DNA of 64,000 bases from Octopus vulgaris (taxonomy: Eukaryota), in assembly GCA_951406725.2 (NCBI GenBank), contig OX597814.1:118544001-118608000 (forward strand), given 5' to 3'. Positions 40,211-54,643 of the stretch are shown here, in pieces (the first letter of the stretch is position 1; each line of letters opens with the position of its first letter). The position numbers and the translations under genes were made by a program. A model generated the notes under the pieces. The model did no database searches. It saw only the letters and a list, made by a program, of their open reading frames with translations, and was not told the DNA's origin.

Positions 40211-43200
40211 CACTTTGTATAAGAAAATAATATTGAGCCAAGTTATCAAAGCAGAAACTTCACATGTCGATTATAAATGATTATAAATGAATATTCAACC
40301 ACTAATATTTTAGATGTATATATGTATGTATGCACGCGTTAATTTTTTTTAGAGCACCATTTCTTGCTTTTTCCTACAAACTGGACTACCAGCCCTCCCT
40401 CCATTTTATTTTTCCCTTGTGTTTTCTTGTACGTATTAATTCTGTGACTTTTTCGCACATCAGATGTTCACCTCTATAGCATAACCTAGAATTCAAGAAA
40501 CATTGGCCGAATGACATCAATAAGTAGTCGTATTTGATCGTATTACGTAGAAGAAGCATTGCTTCCTATTGCTTCTCTTTTTCATGCACCTCATGCAATA
40601 AATTTTCCATCCTAAATTTTTACATTATCAACCACCTGTTCGTTGATATCAGTGTTGCGTTTCAAGCGTTTCAAATGTCTCTGCCGAAGCTTTCAGAGAG
40701 TGCTACGATTTGATCCATATCTTTCCATTATTTCATAACAAAATCATTCCAGCAAATGTTTGAGTAAAAAGTGTGATTACAGACGTTCTTACCTGCAAAA
40801 CCTTACATACTTCAAACCTCCACCACACTACCCTCATAAATTTTGTGCAAACTCCCTGTAGCTTGTACTATCCAGCTATCTGTACACACAGTTATTATTA
40901 AATTCCTATTGTGTTTGTGCTTCAAATTACTTTTTTGCATCATTTATATCCCGAAATATATAAACCACATTCAGTGTACATCCACTACGTCTAAAACTTA
41001 ATTAAGTTACTCCCGTTAATTATTTCGTTTGACTCTTCCATCTGACATCGAAGAATCTCTGGTGAAATAATGGAGAATTTCATGAACTTAATCAAATATA
41101 TTCTAATTAGTTCCATGGGAAATTACTAAATTTACTGTTTATCTACTTAATCACATACTCATTAGTGAAAACGAATTATGCAGCAACTTAAAGTGATTTG
41201 ATTGAATACAAGTGGAAGATGTAAAACTAAGAGTATAGCTAAATAAATAGAAAATAATGCATATTTTATAAATCGTACAAATCAAAAATGTAAAACAATT
41301 ACTTACAACTCAGCCTCGATCTATAGATAAAAACATATAAAAAGTATTGATTGTTTCTGTCAAAATAAATTTTACAAAGAAAAAAATATTCAATCCGTCA
41401 ATCAGAAGCTAAGATCACACGATGGGATACGTGAAGCTTTCGCTGGTTTAAATGTCGTCTTTGCCGATAAACGCATAAACAATGAGCTCAACCACGCTCG
41501 ACTCGACGGAAAAGCCAGAAAGGGACAGGTATAGCGAGTTAGACCTTGAATCAATGCTGAACTGCTACTCATTTCGGCTGAGTATATTTTTGAAATATGT
41601 AGGGAACAGACTTGTTCAAGGGCGAAATATCCTGAACGATCTTGGAATTGAACTGATGACCCATATTACGGAGCCTACCTCATCAACCTCTATGTTACAT
41701 GGATTCGCACAAACTAAAAATATTAAAAAAATATTATGAACAGTAATAAGAAATTTAAAACTATATTACTACTAATCAGGGACGTAAGTTTGCAGAATCA
41801 TTAAAATATCATTAAATGAAAAATGCCTTGCAATATTTACTCTAGTTCATTATATTTTGGGCTTTATATCCAATCGTGCTCAAAATTGCTCAGATCCATA
41901 TAATACTGAGAACCGTGGAGTCCACATAGACTCTCCACACGTTACCGTTTATTTTACACACAAAGTAGAAACAATAACGACTGTTAACTATTGTGTTCAG
42001 AAGTGTGAAATTATAGAAAAGTTTCATTTTAGTTTATGCTACATTGTGATGTGGGCGGAGGTCTTGCAGTGGTCATTGCAGTCTTGAATCATACATCGGT
42101 AAAAGACCTATTGAAGTTACTTCAAACGTGTTATCCACTTAGTGGTTGTGAATTTTATATTTATTTCTCACGGGTATCATCTTGTTTTGAGGACTGGTGT
42201 TACGCCCAAATAATTTTCGTACTTTTCGAGGCAGGGTAGATAGGGGAGACATATATTTAGTACTAATATCTGAAGGTATATAACTCCAATAAAGAGAGGG
42301 CCCAAAGGGTAGAATAGGCAGATTTTATAAGGCCATAGTTGTATTGAAGCATCTTCGTATATTATCAAATGCTGTCTTCATTTGCAATGGGAACGCCTTT
42401 ATTCAGTGATTCTATACATAGTGCATCTATTTTATTGCGTTACATAAAAGGCTTTGTACTAGCATCCGTCACACAGCTAATACTTTTTTGGGAAGCGATT
42501 CATTCGATTACATTGACACCAGTATTAGATTTCTACTTACTTAAACGACGCCGGATGGATTTTGCTCAGATTGGACGCTAGAGCATATAAGGATGTAATG
42601 TGATAAGGCATTTTATCGATGCCACATAATCATAAGAATAGTATTATACACTGAAAGACTTAAAATCCGTAGCATAGTGTTTATGAGTTAGGAGAGCATG
42701 CGCATAAATTGGTGGGCAAATTCCCTACGCCAGTCGGTGCATTTTAACAACGTACGGCTTCAATCAATTAGAACTTATATGTCATATAATCATTTAAACG
42801 GGAAAATATAGAAATATATAAAACATTTGAGCATTCGCTTCTGTTATAATAATTAATGCATTAACCAGATAGAGAGTCGTGAAATAATCGGAGTCGAGAT
42901 TGATGAAGTGGTTCTTTGATAATGTCTTAAGCCATCCCAAAGAAAATCTATTTATGTTCTGAAAGATAGCTCGATATTATGTTTAATTTACTTGTGTTAT
43001 TTGAACTAGCTACCTCTTGAATACGACAAACATAAGTACATGATTCTAAGCTATATATAATATCTGATTTATTGTATATGCAGCTGCAAACTTAATTAGT
43101 ACAGTATTAAGCCCGCTATAGATTACTTTACATTTTTTTAAATAATGTATTTCTTAATACATTCCTTCATCTACTTTTGTTTTGATGATTCATAATTCTC

Positions 43201-43243
43201 TTTTGGTCATAGTTGTAAATACATATATACATACATACATACA

Positions 43244-43274
<31 letters not shown>

Positions 43275-43279
43275 TTACA

Positions 43280-44560
43280 AGGCACAGGGAGTAGGTTGTG
43301 TAGAGTAGCATAGGACTCTAGTAGCTGCTAAAGATGAATTTACAGGTCTATTGTTATCAAGCGTGTGCCTGATGTATTCATTATCTGCAGCAGCATTAGT
43401 GTTGGTATTTTCTAAGGGTGTTGAAGGAGTCCTCACCTCCTGAACGTTCTCTTTTCTAACTGTCTTATTTCAATCATTCCCTATTTAAGTATTGGGTTTC
43501 CCTTGGTCGTAAGGTAGGTTTACGGTACAGATGTTAGTAATAGAGTTAGAGTAGGAGGTGTGACGGTCATTATTCGTGTGGATGTTTAAGGTTATGTGTA
43601 GGGGGCTAGGAGTTAGTGTGAGTTGTGTCATTATGATAAAAATCAATTAATTGACGGTTCCTAAGATTCTTACTGTTCAGATGACGTTAGCAGTGGTGGA
43701 GTAGGAAAATTTAATCAATTGAGGAATAAAGATTTTTCTAAGGGGACTGGACTTAGGGATATATTTCTCAAGTAGGGCTGAACATTAAGGGCAAAGGTGG
43801 AAGAACTAGATAGCGTCATGCGTCGTGGTCCGCTTAAGAAGATTATCCGAATATCGGTTGGAGTATGGAGGTGCACGCTGGCTTTGATTTCGATGAGCGA
43901 ATACTGATTCGGGATTAGGTTTTCTGTTACTGTAAAATTTGGAGGGATAGGAGGGAGAGCCAGATGTATCCGTGGTGCTTGGTTTTCAAGGAGGGTCAAG
44001 CCATATCGGGATGTATTTCATCGGTTTCTTATATCCGGCGCGTTGTAGGGCGCAGGTATAATAATCGGCGTATTACTTAAATATTTCCTTACTGGCGGGC
44101 GAGGGTTAAATTCTGTAAGATACGCTGTCCATCATGTATTTTTGAACAGATGGGTATGACTGGAGGAAACGCTTACATTGTTAAGGTGCTAGCTACGTTT
44201 ATGGTACGGGTAGAAAGTGTTATTTTTAAAATTTAGAGTGGTATTTAGGAAATTAGCTGTTTTAATGTTGTGGCTAAAATAAGCTCTAAGGAACATGTTT
44301 TTAAATAAATGCCTGATTCTTTTACTAAATAATTCTATTTCGCAGTTACTAGAATTCTGGATCGAAAACAGAGCGTCCTCCACATATACACAACCAGAGA
44401 TATTACGGAATTATGCTTGGAGACATTGAAAGATGTAATAACCTACGTGGTCGGTAACTTGAGCCGAGTCACACGCCGTCATTGCGAGAACTAAATTGTT
44501 AGGGATGCATTTACGGACCTAGAATTTCGCAGCAAATTGTATAATGGTTTCAGGGGCTGA
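43280..44560 (-). mobile_element. Penelope-like retroelement RT fragment with low-complexity downstream region
   Basis: DSAQVTDHVGY (GSYDGAE-type motif), (C)VY(V)EDAL at the YxDD position, HLFKNMFL..NIKTANFLNTTLNFKNNTFYPYHK, VSSSH and YYTCALQRAGYK. Confidence 0.8.
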
Positions 44561-45056
44561 CGGACGCACAAATGAATACGCGCATTCACGTCAATATGTA
44601 CTTATGTAGTTTTAAAATTAAGCATTAAAATTTGCTTACTGACCAAAAATATTAACTTCCACTTCTCTCTACTTCTCCCACCTCCTCCTAACAAAGTCTA
44701 ACTTGATACCACTCCTACATTTTCTTTTTCTTTAACTGCTGAAATGTATTTACAGGGTGCCATAATATATCTACTTTATTGTCTACAATTGACCCAGTAA
44801 ATGACCACAGCCTGAATTCACAAAGACGTTCCTCTAGCCAGCTTCAATAATACCACATTCTGTACCTCAACTCGTTCTCCTCTTCTTTTCTTTTTGGTAT
44901 TGTTTTTATCCGTAAGTTTAGACATTGACACATTGCTACATATTACGTCTTTACAAATAGGGTTTCTCTTTTCTTCTCAAACTCTTCGGTCTAATCTCCT
45001 ACGAGTTAACAAGTGATATTTTGACCACAATATAAGCTTCAAATGATTCACATATT

Positions 45057-45135
45057 TTTGCCCCGAGGAGTAGCTAGTAACTTGTTCGAGCAATTACTAT
45101 TCCTAAGGTTGTGCTAGCTATGAAACATATCTAGC
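45057..45135 (+). ncRNA. Decayed type I hammerhead, antisense to and upstream of the PLE RT
   Basis: CCGAGGA-GTAGCTAG-TAAC...GTTG-tg-CTAGCTAT-GAAA-CATAT-CTA. Stem II is 8+4 bp. U4 is replaced by C, stem III is one change from ACATATGT, and stem I is poor. Confidence 0.5.
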
Positions 45136-45534
45136 CTGGATTATATCTACAGTATTCCCTCATTTTGGGTTTTTTTTTCGTATATATCGCAAAATTAGCT
45201 GCTAACCGTAAGCGATATAATAACTTTCTTCAGCTTATAGAACTTCGATACGGGAAACATTTACAATCTACCACCTCAATAAATCACTACTGCTTCTGAA
45301 AGTTGCTTTCGTATATATTCAATGGACTGTGTGAAGCTTACTAACTTCCAACACCTTGATCTTTTGATGTTATCTTTACATGTAACATGTGGGTGAGTCT
45401 ATTTGTGTGTATATATGTATGTATGATTATATGTTTATGTGTGTGTGTGTGTATGCACTACACATACATATAAATATATATATATATATATACACATACA
45501 TACATACATACATGCATATACGTCTATAATAGAA

Positions 45535-45842
45535 GGCAGGCTGTTTAGTGCTAATAGTGTTCGGTTCATAAGGACGTTTGACTGAAAACTGGCGTCGCGT
45601 GTGAGTGCTTGAGCAAAGCGCTTCATTCTACGTTGCCCCAGTCCACATAGCCGGTGAAAATAAGTCTTACCTGTATTTCAAAGGGCCAGCATCGTAACAT
45701 TCTCTTCCGTGCTTAATCTTTCCAAAAACTACGTCAATGGCACGGCTGCCATTGAAATGCTCAGTCACTTTCAGGTTTCACGAACAAGCTGTTCGCTTAA
45801 TTTCCTCAACTGGAACACCTATCGCCGTAACCGACGGAGTAC
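45535..45842 (+). mobile_element. Old tRNA-derived SINE (third family)
   Basis: GTGCTTGAGCAAAGCGCTT..CCCCAGTCCACATAGC..TTTCAAAGGGCCAGC; related to 8860-9118. Confidence 0.6.
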
Positions 45843-46795
45843 AGGATATGTGCGTGTGTGTGTGTGTGTGTGTGGTCTGACTCTCTCTCTCGCAATCTCT
45901 CGCCTCTTCTCTCTCCTCCCTCCCTATCTCTGTTTATATATATATATATGTAAATATAGCTTTAATCTGATTGCGGCAGGAATAACCGGAAGATAAAACA
46001 CATACACGCATGTGATCTGAAAGCCAAAATGTTTCTTTCTGGAGTCTCAGCGTTTTGAAATAATTCTCCTTGACTGAAATATCTTGATGCTTTCAAATGT
46101 ATAAAATTTTATACGTTCTTAAGGATTCTTCTATTGTTCTATGTATTTTAGTTTTAATAATCTCATTTTCTGCTCATATTTATAGATTTGGTGCTTTTGT
46201 GAAAATATTTGTGGGTTATTGTTCTTTTAAATTAGTTTTCTTGCTAATTTCAGCGATCTTTTATAGCAATACGTATGTTTTCTGTCACATGGGTTTTGTG
46301 TCACCGTTATCATTGAAAAGAAAAACAGAGTCGCAAATATTAATGTTATACACATCATACAAAATTCAACGTGTTTAGTTGTCAGACAAAAATAATACAT
46401 AAATATATAAACAAGTATTAAGACATAGCTGTGAAATGACGAAGTTATTTGCACATATGTCAAAAAAAATGAAAGCGAGTGATTTGATATCTAAAGATAC
46501 ATAATGTAATGACTACAAAGCATTATAAAAAAATATGAAAAATATCATTTTAACTATGTTTGGAATATATTTTCTGCATTGAAAAAAGAAATGTACTGCT
46601 TCTGAATTGCATTCATAAACATAAAATATTTTTAACAAAAGGAGAATGTGATAGACGTATATACGTTTCCTTAACACAACACATATATACACACAATTAT
46701 ACACTCACACACACACACACACAAATGTGTATAGTGTGAAGGAGTGAGAAATACATACACGCCTGCATATGAATTTATATATATGTGTGTTCATA

Positions 46796-46855
<60 letters not shown>

Positions 46856-47628
46856 TGTGTCTGTGTCTGTGTGTTCAGAGATTCCGCCTTGTATTCAGTT
46901 TCGACAGGTTTGCTTATATGTACAGACAAATCAACATTACCTATTTATGAAATTGATTTAGTAAATACTAGACAAAACACACTGAAGATATAACAGTATA
47001 TATATTAAATATATAAACAATAGAATCACTACCACTGCGTGAATATACTCCATTGGTTTACATTATTAATATAATAAGAGTTATATATACACGTACATAC
47101 CGACAAAAGTGCAAATACACTCACACATACACACATATCCATGCAAATATATATACTTGTGTAAGTCTGTTCGTGTATGTATGTTTATTATATTTATTTA
47201 TATAAAACACCGACTAATTCAGTATGCCTGGAACATATATTATTAAGATAACACAAGAGTTATTTCTTTGAAAGTCTTATCTGTGATGTGGAAACATTAT
47301 TTTGCTCTGAAGGAAACTGAGAATGTTTTTGGAAATCTTCATACAGATATATTTTCTAAATGATTGCCCTTCACTAGAGGAGATACATTTCACCTCTTCG
47401 ATTACACATAGTTATATGAATCGAAACCTCTATATATACAGTAATGAATTATATTATATGAAATCAGCAGTCTTGATTTAGCAAATTTCCAGATAACAAA
47501 GGTGTTATCTATTGGATTATGTTATATATAAGACTGTATTATTGCATTCTATTATTGTATACTACTTTGTGATAGTAATTCCCCTACAGAACGCGGTTAG
47601 TAATACACCAGAAAACATTATTACTTAC

Positions 47629-47698
47629 ATTGTGCACCATGCAAATGTACTCGTCCAGGCTGGAGAGCATGTCTACAGAGTGATATTCCAAAGAAGCT
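47629..47698 (-). other. Candidate 70-nt exon
   Basis: Acceptor TTTTCTCTTCGTTGCTACTCAG|, donor |GTAAGTA. Two frames are open (ASLEYHSVDMLSSLDEYICMVHN and SFFGISLCRHALQPGRVHLHGAQ). Confidence 0.35.
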
Positions 47699-48657
47699 CT
47701 GAGTAGCAACGAAGAGAAAACATAAATATACACAACCTTCTTCCTTTCTCAATATCTGGAGATTCATGTCTTAAAATTAATGGATAGCATGTATATCTTG
47801 CCAGTTATTCAAAATAGAAACTCCTTGTGCAGTTTTTATAGAAACCACCTAATATGTAATTAATTAAGTACATGAATGGATGTTAAACTGCCCTATGTAA
47901 TCTTCCTTTTTAATGTTTATAATTGATATATACACACTTTTTACTTATTTTGATTATGATATCAGATTTGTAATTCTTAAGTTTTATTTTTGTATAACAA
48001 AACAATATTGTTTATAATCCCCCGCTAGCGCCCTTAAATAAAATTTCCATTGTAATAAGATCTTAGGTTTCTTAGCCTCTTGCCCCTTTAACTGGAAATC
48101 AACATCATGATATAAAGTTTATCCGCACCCTGCATCTTTATATAGACAGTTACTTATATCCAACTGACTACTCCTAATATCTTATTTCCTCCCTGGGCTA
48201 AAGGGATACATATGATAATATCTGTGGCGATAACTAGCTCTCAGGTGTCAACTCACTCTTGTGATTTATTCAAAATAGATACACCCTTCTAGCCTTAGAT
48301 TTAGTAGTTGATAAAGAGATAATTGTATTAGAAAGTAACTGCAACCAACAATGTGATACTTAGTAATGAACTATGACCCCATAATGCTGCATGTGATTCT
48401 TAGAATTTGTAGTCTATACTTAGCTACAATAGCGACAATAAGAATTTCTTCCATCTTCTTGGTTTGTTAAAATATTTAATAAAAAATATATTATTGTGGC
48501 CTACTAGTTAAAATTTCATACATTTATTTGTGGAGCTGAAGATGACATTGCCTTTAAATTTATGTAATGATTGCATTGTTCAGTCAAATGGAACCGCTTG
48601 AAGCGGTTGTACTGCATGATATCCCGTTGCTCACACACACACACACACACATACATG

Positions 48658-48714
<57 letters not shown>

Positions 48715-48724
48715 GTATATAATC

Positions 48725-48779
<55 letters not shown>

Positions 48780-49427
48780 TAAAGAGAGAGAGAGAGAGAT
48801 AATTATATGTGCCCGGACACACATGCACACACTCATACGCCCGCACACACTCTAATAGAAAGAATCAGGAATTTGAATAATAAACTCCCCAAAGTACAAT
48901 CGGGGTTAGCGCAATTTTGTGATAACAATATGTACTGACATATACATACTTATTTAAAGTAAATACAGATATATTATTCCAGTTTTGCATATACCTGCAA
49001 GTGATAACAGTATATACAACGTGTCATCAAAGTCATACTGCGGTGCGTTGGCTGCATGTATTCCACAGCCAACTACAGACTGCAGATCAAAACTTCTGGA
49101 AGCTTTTGAGCTACAGTCCAAGGGGGAAAGCTCAAATCTCCCCTGTTGCTTTTTTCTGTATTTTCTTTTTTCCTTTTCCGGTTTGTTTTTACCTGCCCCC
49201 TTTTCTATAGACTTCTTTCTCGCCTTCTCTCGCTTCTTTTCTCATCCGTTCGTAGTCTTTAACATCATTTCAGTGTGTGATAGAAGATTGTGCTAGGATA
49301 TCAGATGTGTCATAAATGCTGTCTAGCATGCTCTCATCACATAAAATTAATAGTAGTACATAAGAACATATATTATGTTAATCAAAAAAATACTTATCTC
49401 TCACCGGAAAGTACACAGTATATGTGC

Positions 49428-49477
<50 letters not shown>

Positions 49478-49535
49478 ACGTATATATCTGTGTGTGTCTA
49501 TATATATGTATCTATATATATGTATATACACACAA

Positions 49536-49590
<55 letters not shown>

Positions 49591-50247
49591 ATTCTTATTT
49601 TCCATTATTTTCCTCCAATCTTTCTCTAATGACCGAATATCCCATACTGGAATATATCCCAGGAAGAGATGTAAGATTTTGAATTACTTCCTCAAATAAT
49701 ATCGTATATGACTTGAGATGTTTGCCTTGCCTTAATGTTTGACGTCCTGTTTAACACACATACACACACACATATATATATATATATTCACATATGTATA
49801 TATATATATATACATGCATACATATATGCATCTGTGTGGTGTAGATGTGCGTATATGTATGTTGGTTTGTGTGTATATATTTGTGTTTTATATGTTTGAG
49901 CGGCAATAATTCTAGCGAAAAAAATATTACACGAATGTCTATGTAAATATGTTCTCGTGTTATATTTCGATGACTATATTTATTATTGAATAATGTATAA
50001 GATATAGCTGAATATTTGGAGGTTCCTACATATGATTATTTAATATCACATAGCATGGCGTTATCTGTAATGTTGTTGCTGCTGATGGCTAAACCAAACT
50101 AAGTCATAGATATCATATACACTCATATACATAGAAATATAAATGCAAGCAAGTGGGAATTATTCCTAAATTACAACGGCAGACAAATGTCTGTACATAG
50201 ATATGTATATCTATTTTGCATACGTACACCTAGGCGAGCACAGACAT

Positions 50248-50460
<213 letters not shown>

Positions 50461-50771
50461 AATATATAGACATATCGAAAGATAGATATATTTTCCAGCG
50501 TAATTCATAATAGCTAAAACGTGTACAATGTACATATATCTACAGTTACGTATTGGAATGTTTTATAGCTGTAACGATGTAGCTTATGTGGAAATAGCCT
50601 GATACTGCCTTATATAAATAAAAATGATTTGGAAACGTTGAAGTCATATTTGTCCTCTTAACTGACATCCCTAACTCATTTACACCAATTTATTTTCCAG
50701 CTGCAATCAGTGACACCTACATTTTTTAGTTGTAAAATATACACCCATATAACTTAAGCAACTACAATATT

Positions 50772-50823
<52 letters not shown>

Positions 50824-51169
50824 TATACATACAAACATATATACAGACTTATATATATGATTAAAATACATATATGTATGCATGTGTGAGTGTGTGCATC
50901 TGTATGTGTGTATGTATGTAAACGATAAGGGAGGCTTGTTCGCAATTTTACCACCGAAAAGTCGAAATAGGTAAGTCATTAAAGTGAATGAGTGCCATCA
51001 CCGTATTCTTCAAAATAAGACTTCGAAATATTCTTACCCACAACAGTAACTGATCTTTTTATCGTAAGTCAGTTATTAATTTAAGTGCTTCTTGTGACTA
51101 TAAGTTGGTTTAACTCTTTTTCCTATATGTATGTTTGCATTTATATATATACACATATATGTATGTATG

Positions 51170-51200
<31 letters not shown>

Positions 51201-51217
51201 TATACATATATACATAC

Positions 51218-51265
<48 letters not shown>

Positions 51266-51271
51266 TTATAT

Positions 51272-53760
51272 AAGAAACATGAGAAGTGAGAAAATTAATG
51301 ATTATTTATTAATTACAAAATCTGACATAATCTGTGACAGCTGTTTCGATTACTGTCCATTAGAAATTATCATCATTAAACCCATTTAAAAGTGAATATA
51401 CCATTAGGGGTTCATTTTCCAACTTGTTTAGGTTACGGCTCCAAACCGTTGACAGATAACATTGATGTATAAAGAAACATGGTATAAACCTTGCAGAGGA
51501 GTGGAAGGTATTATATTTATTGGGGTTATAAAAAACAATGAGAATAGAATAACATATCTTGCTAGGGTGTTAAATAAAAGAAAATGCGGAAGTAGGTATA
51601 TGAGTATAATTGCAATATATTACAATATATTATGCACCAATATGTAGTGTGTACTTATTAGTAAAGTGACAAGATATGCAAATAAAGTTAAAAATTGAAA
51701 AATAAAACTAAAAGTATAAATCAAATCAAAAATAAGAGTAAAAGCATAAAATACCTTATAATTAAAGATTAAATATCTATACAATCAAAATACTGACAAT
51801 GGCTAAAGGTGTATTGTTTTGAGTGTATTATAATATAAATAATAAAAGATTATTAAATATTATAGAAATGAAGGGGAAAAAACCCTAAAATAAAATAAAA
51901 TAACTTAATAACAGAGGATATAGTATGTTATTACGTAGTCAAGTGATAGTGTGTTATATGTAGGTAGAAACATAAACAGAATAAAATACGGAACAAATGT
52001 ATAAATGTAATATTAGTAATTAATTTTAGGTGAAAAATATTCTAAAATATGTTACACTTAGTATGTACCTAAGGAGTTAAATAACGTAAAAGATGTAAAA
52101 TTTAAAGCTAGGGTTAATTAATTTATATTATTCTTATATACATGGTTACGGATGATAAAATATGTTCATTAATGTTAGAAGTGTTTAATATAGTAGAATC
52201 AAATACTATATAATAATGTGTAAGCAGAAAAATACAATATTGTAATAATATAAACATAAAAAATAAAAATTAAAATTAAATAAAAAACATTTATTAAATT
52301 CTATCTCTCCTAAGACTAATTTTGATTTGGGCAAATAAAAAGAAATGAAAAAATCTATTGGTGAAAATACTTAAATTTTCAGCTTTCCAGAGAAAATACC
52401 GGAAACAAATATGGTCGAATATTAATGGAAGTTAATGTTTCAGGTTAAAAACTAAAAGTAAATAAGAAGTAAGTACGTCCATGTTTATAAAGATAAGAGC
52501 ATAAAGTGGGTCAATATATCGGGATTAATTAAAATCATTTAAGTAGGTTGCCTTCAAAACCTGCATTGGGAATTTATTATATAGAGAAGACTGAAAATAT
52601 TGTGTACAAGAGTCTTATATTTAGGTAGAACTGGGCTGTAAAATAATATAAGCTTATCGATAGGTTAATAATATAGACTAAGATATGTTTCTGCAGAACA
52701 ATGCAATATTAAAGTATAGTAAATCATTAGTATACATAAATAAGTAATGGGTTTGATGGAATTACGAGGAGTAAAAAAAAACGTAAATAAATTACTATTA
52801 TTAAGAAGGGGTGAATAAATTCAAGGAAAGGTAATTTAAGAAATATACCAATACTTGAACATTGACCCGGAAGATAATTAAAGAAATATACAATATACAT
52901 ATATTTATATCTTGTTATCTACCAATATACCAATATACCAATAAAAAGCCAGTGGATGCGGGGAATAAGTGTATACTTTAGTCTAAAATAAATTGTAGTT
53001 ATAAAACACATGGATATGAATAGGCATAAATAAAAATTGATAGTCAAGGGAAGGTAATAAATTAATAAATTACTGGAACCAAGCCAAAACAGATTACAGA
53101 AATTTGTGAATGAGATAAAAAAAGTGAAGGAGATCTACAGGAATATCACTTGTAATTAAGTATTTTCGTCACTACCAATAACTAAATTAACTAATTATAA
53201 ATAAATAAAAATATATGAAACATATAAATACAGAAATAAATAAATTAGTAAATAAATAATTAAATTAGTTAGATAAATAATTAAGTTCACCATAACAGAA
53301 AATATAGAGGCTAGATAAAATAGAGAAATTTATATATAAGTTAGTGCCTTATGAGATAAGTGCAAGGCATAATAGCGTGTTTATTTATAAGGTGCATGTA
53401 GTTAAAACTATATATACATGTTCAAGTATTAATATGTGAAATAGGAAGAAACTAAAATACGTTGTTATGTAAACAAAGGCTACATAAGAAAAGAAAATAT
53501 GTTAGAGTCTTGTGAGATATGTGCAAGTTATAATACAAGTATAGTATGTTTATAAGGCATATGGATTATATAACTATATAAAGGTTAAAGTATTAAACCT
53601 AGTAATAGGCAAAAATCTAAAATGAGTATCTATATAAATATAAATGTGAATTAACTTACATGGTTAGGCATAAATATAGCGGGAGGGGATAAAAAGTGTG
53701 CAAAATTAATCTAGTGTCCGAATTAAATTTGTGGTGGGATGTGATACACAAGTTAATCAA
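51272..53760 (-). mobile_element. Long AT-rich, strand-biased element with a decayed terminal HHR (putative non-coding PLE derivative)
   Basis: Abuts a (TA)n tract. Minus strand has CGAAACAGCTGTC-ACAGAT at 51330-51348. No microsatellites over 2.4 kb and a strong A/G bias on the plus strand. Confidence 0.4.
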
Positions 53761-53780
53761 GATACCTCATCTTGTTCCAT

Positions 53781-54148
53781 AGGCGTAGGAGTGGTTGTGT
53801 TATTAGTAGCTTGCTTAGGAACCACATGCCCCCGGGTTCAGTCCCACTGTGTGGCACCTCGGGCCAAGAAAACCCTTGTGAGTGGATTTGGTAGACGGAA
53901 ACTGAAAGAAGCCCGTTGTATATATGTATTTATGTGTGTCTATATGTTTGTGTGTCTGTGTTTGTCCCCCTAACATCGCTTGACAACCGATGCTGGTGTG
54001 TTTACGTCCCCGTAACTTAGCGGTTCAGCAAAAAAGACGATAGAATAAGTACTAGGCTTACAAAGAATAAGTCCTGGGGTCGATTTACTCTACTAAAGGC
54101 GGTGCTCCAGCATGGCCACATTCAAAGGAGTGAAACGAGTGAAAGAAT
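53781..54148 (+). mobile_element. tRNA-derived SINE, second family, near full length
   Basis: AGGCGTAGGAGTGGTTGTGT..B-box GGGTTCAGTCCC..GGTAGACGGAAACTGAAAGAAGCCCG..GCTCCAGCATGGCC. Confidence 0.9.
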
Positions 54149-54480
54149 ACGGAGAGATATATTAGTAAACAGAATAGAAATAACTAAATATATCTCTATA
54201 TTTAGATAATACAAATTTGGCCATGAAGATACGAGAAATATTACGCTCATCACGGTGTTTAAGAATAGGATATTTTACAGAGAAAATGAAAAACGATTCC
54301 TTTCAACATACAAAGGATATTTATTCATATTAATTCGATAAGAAGGTGCGGAGGCTAGTATCTCCCATTATATCATAATGTATATTCTTACCTTTTAACT
54401 CCCAAATAAATTTACCTAGACCTGTACAGTTAGATGTGTTTATCGCTAAAAGTATACAGATGGGTTGCTATGTGTTTCTT

Positions 54481-54529
<49 letters not shown>

Positions 54530-54585
54530 TGAGTGTATGAGTGTATATATGCACATACACAGACAGAGACACACTCACACACGCA

Positions 54586-54643
<58 letters not shown>

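Noticed and set aside
40792-40880. Minus-strand exon with CAG|GTAAGA donor
   Set aside because: The acceptor is weak and all frames contain stops; it does not fit the upstream candidates.
45170-45236. Minus-strand CTGAAGA with TATATCGC/GCGATATA hairpin and GAAA
   Set aside because: The hairpin is offset from the core, and there is no NUH site or stem I after GAAA.
51450-53730. Mitochondrial insertion (NUMT)
   Set aside because: AT-rich and skewed, but no recognisable mitochondrial gene, rRNA or tRNA motifs were seen by eye. A BLAST would be needed to exclude it fully.
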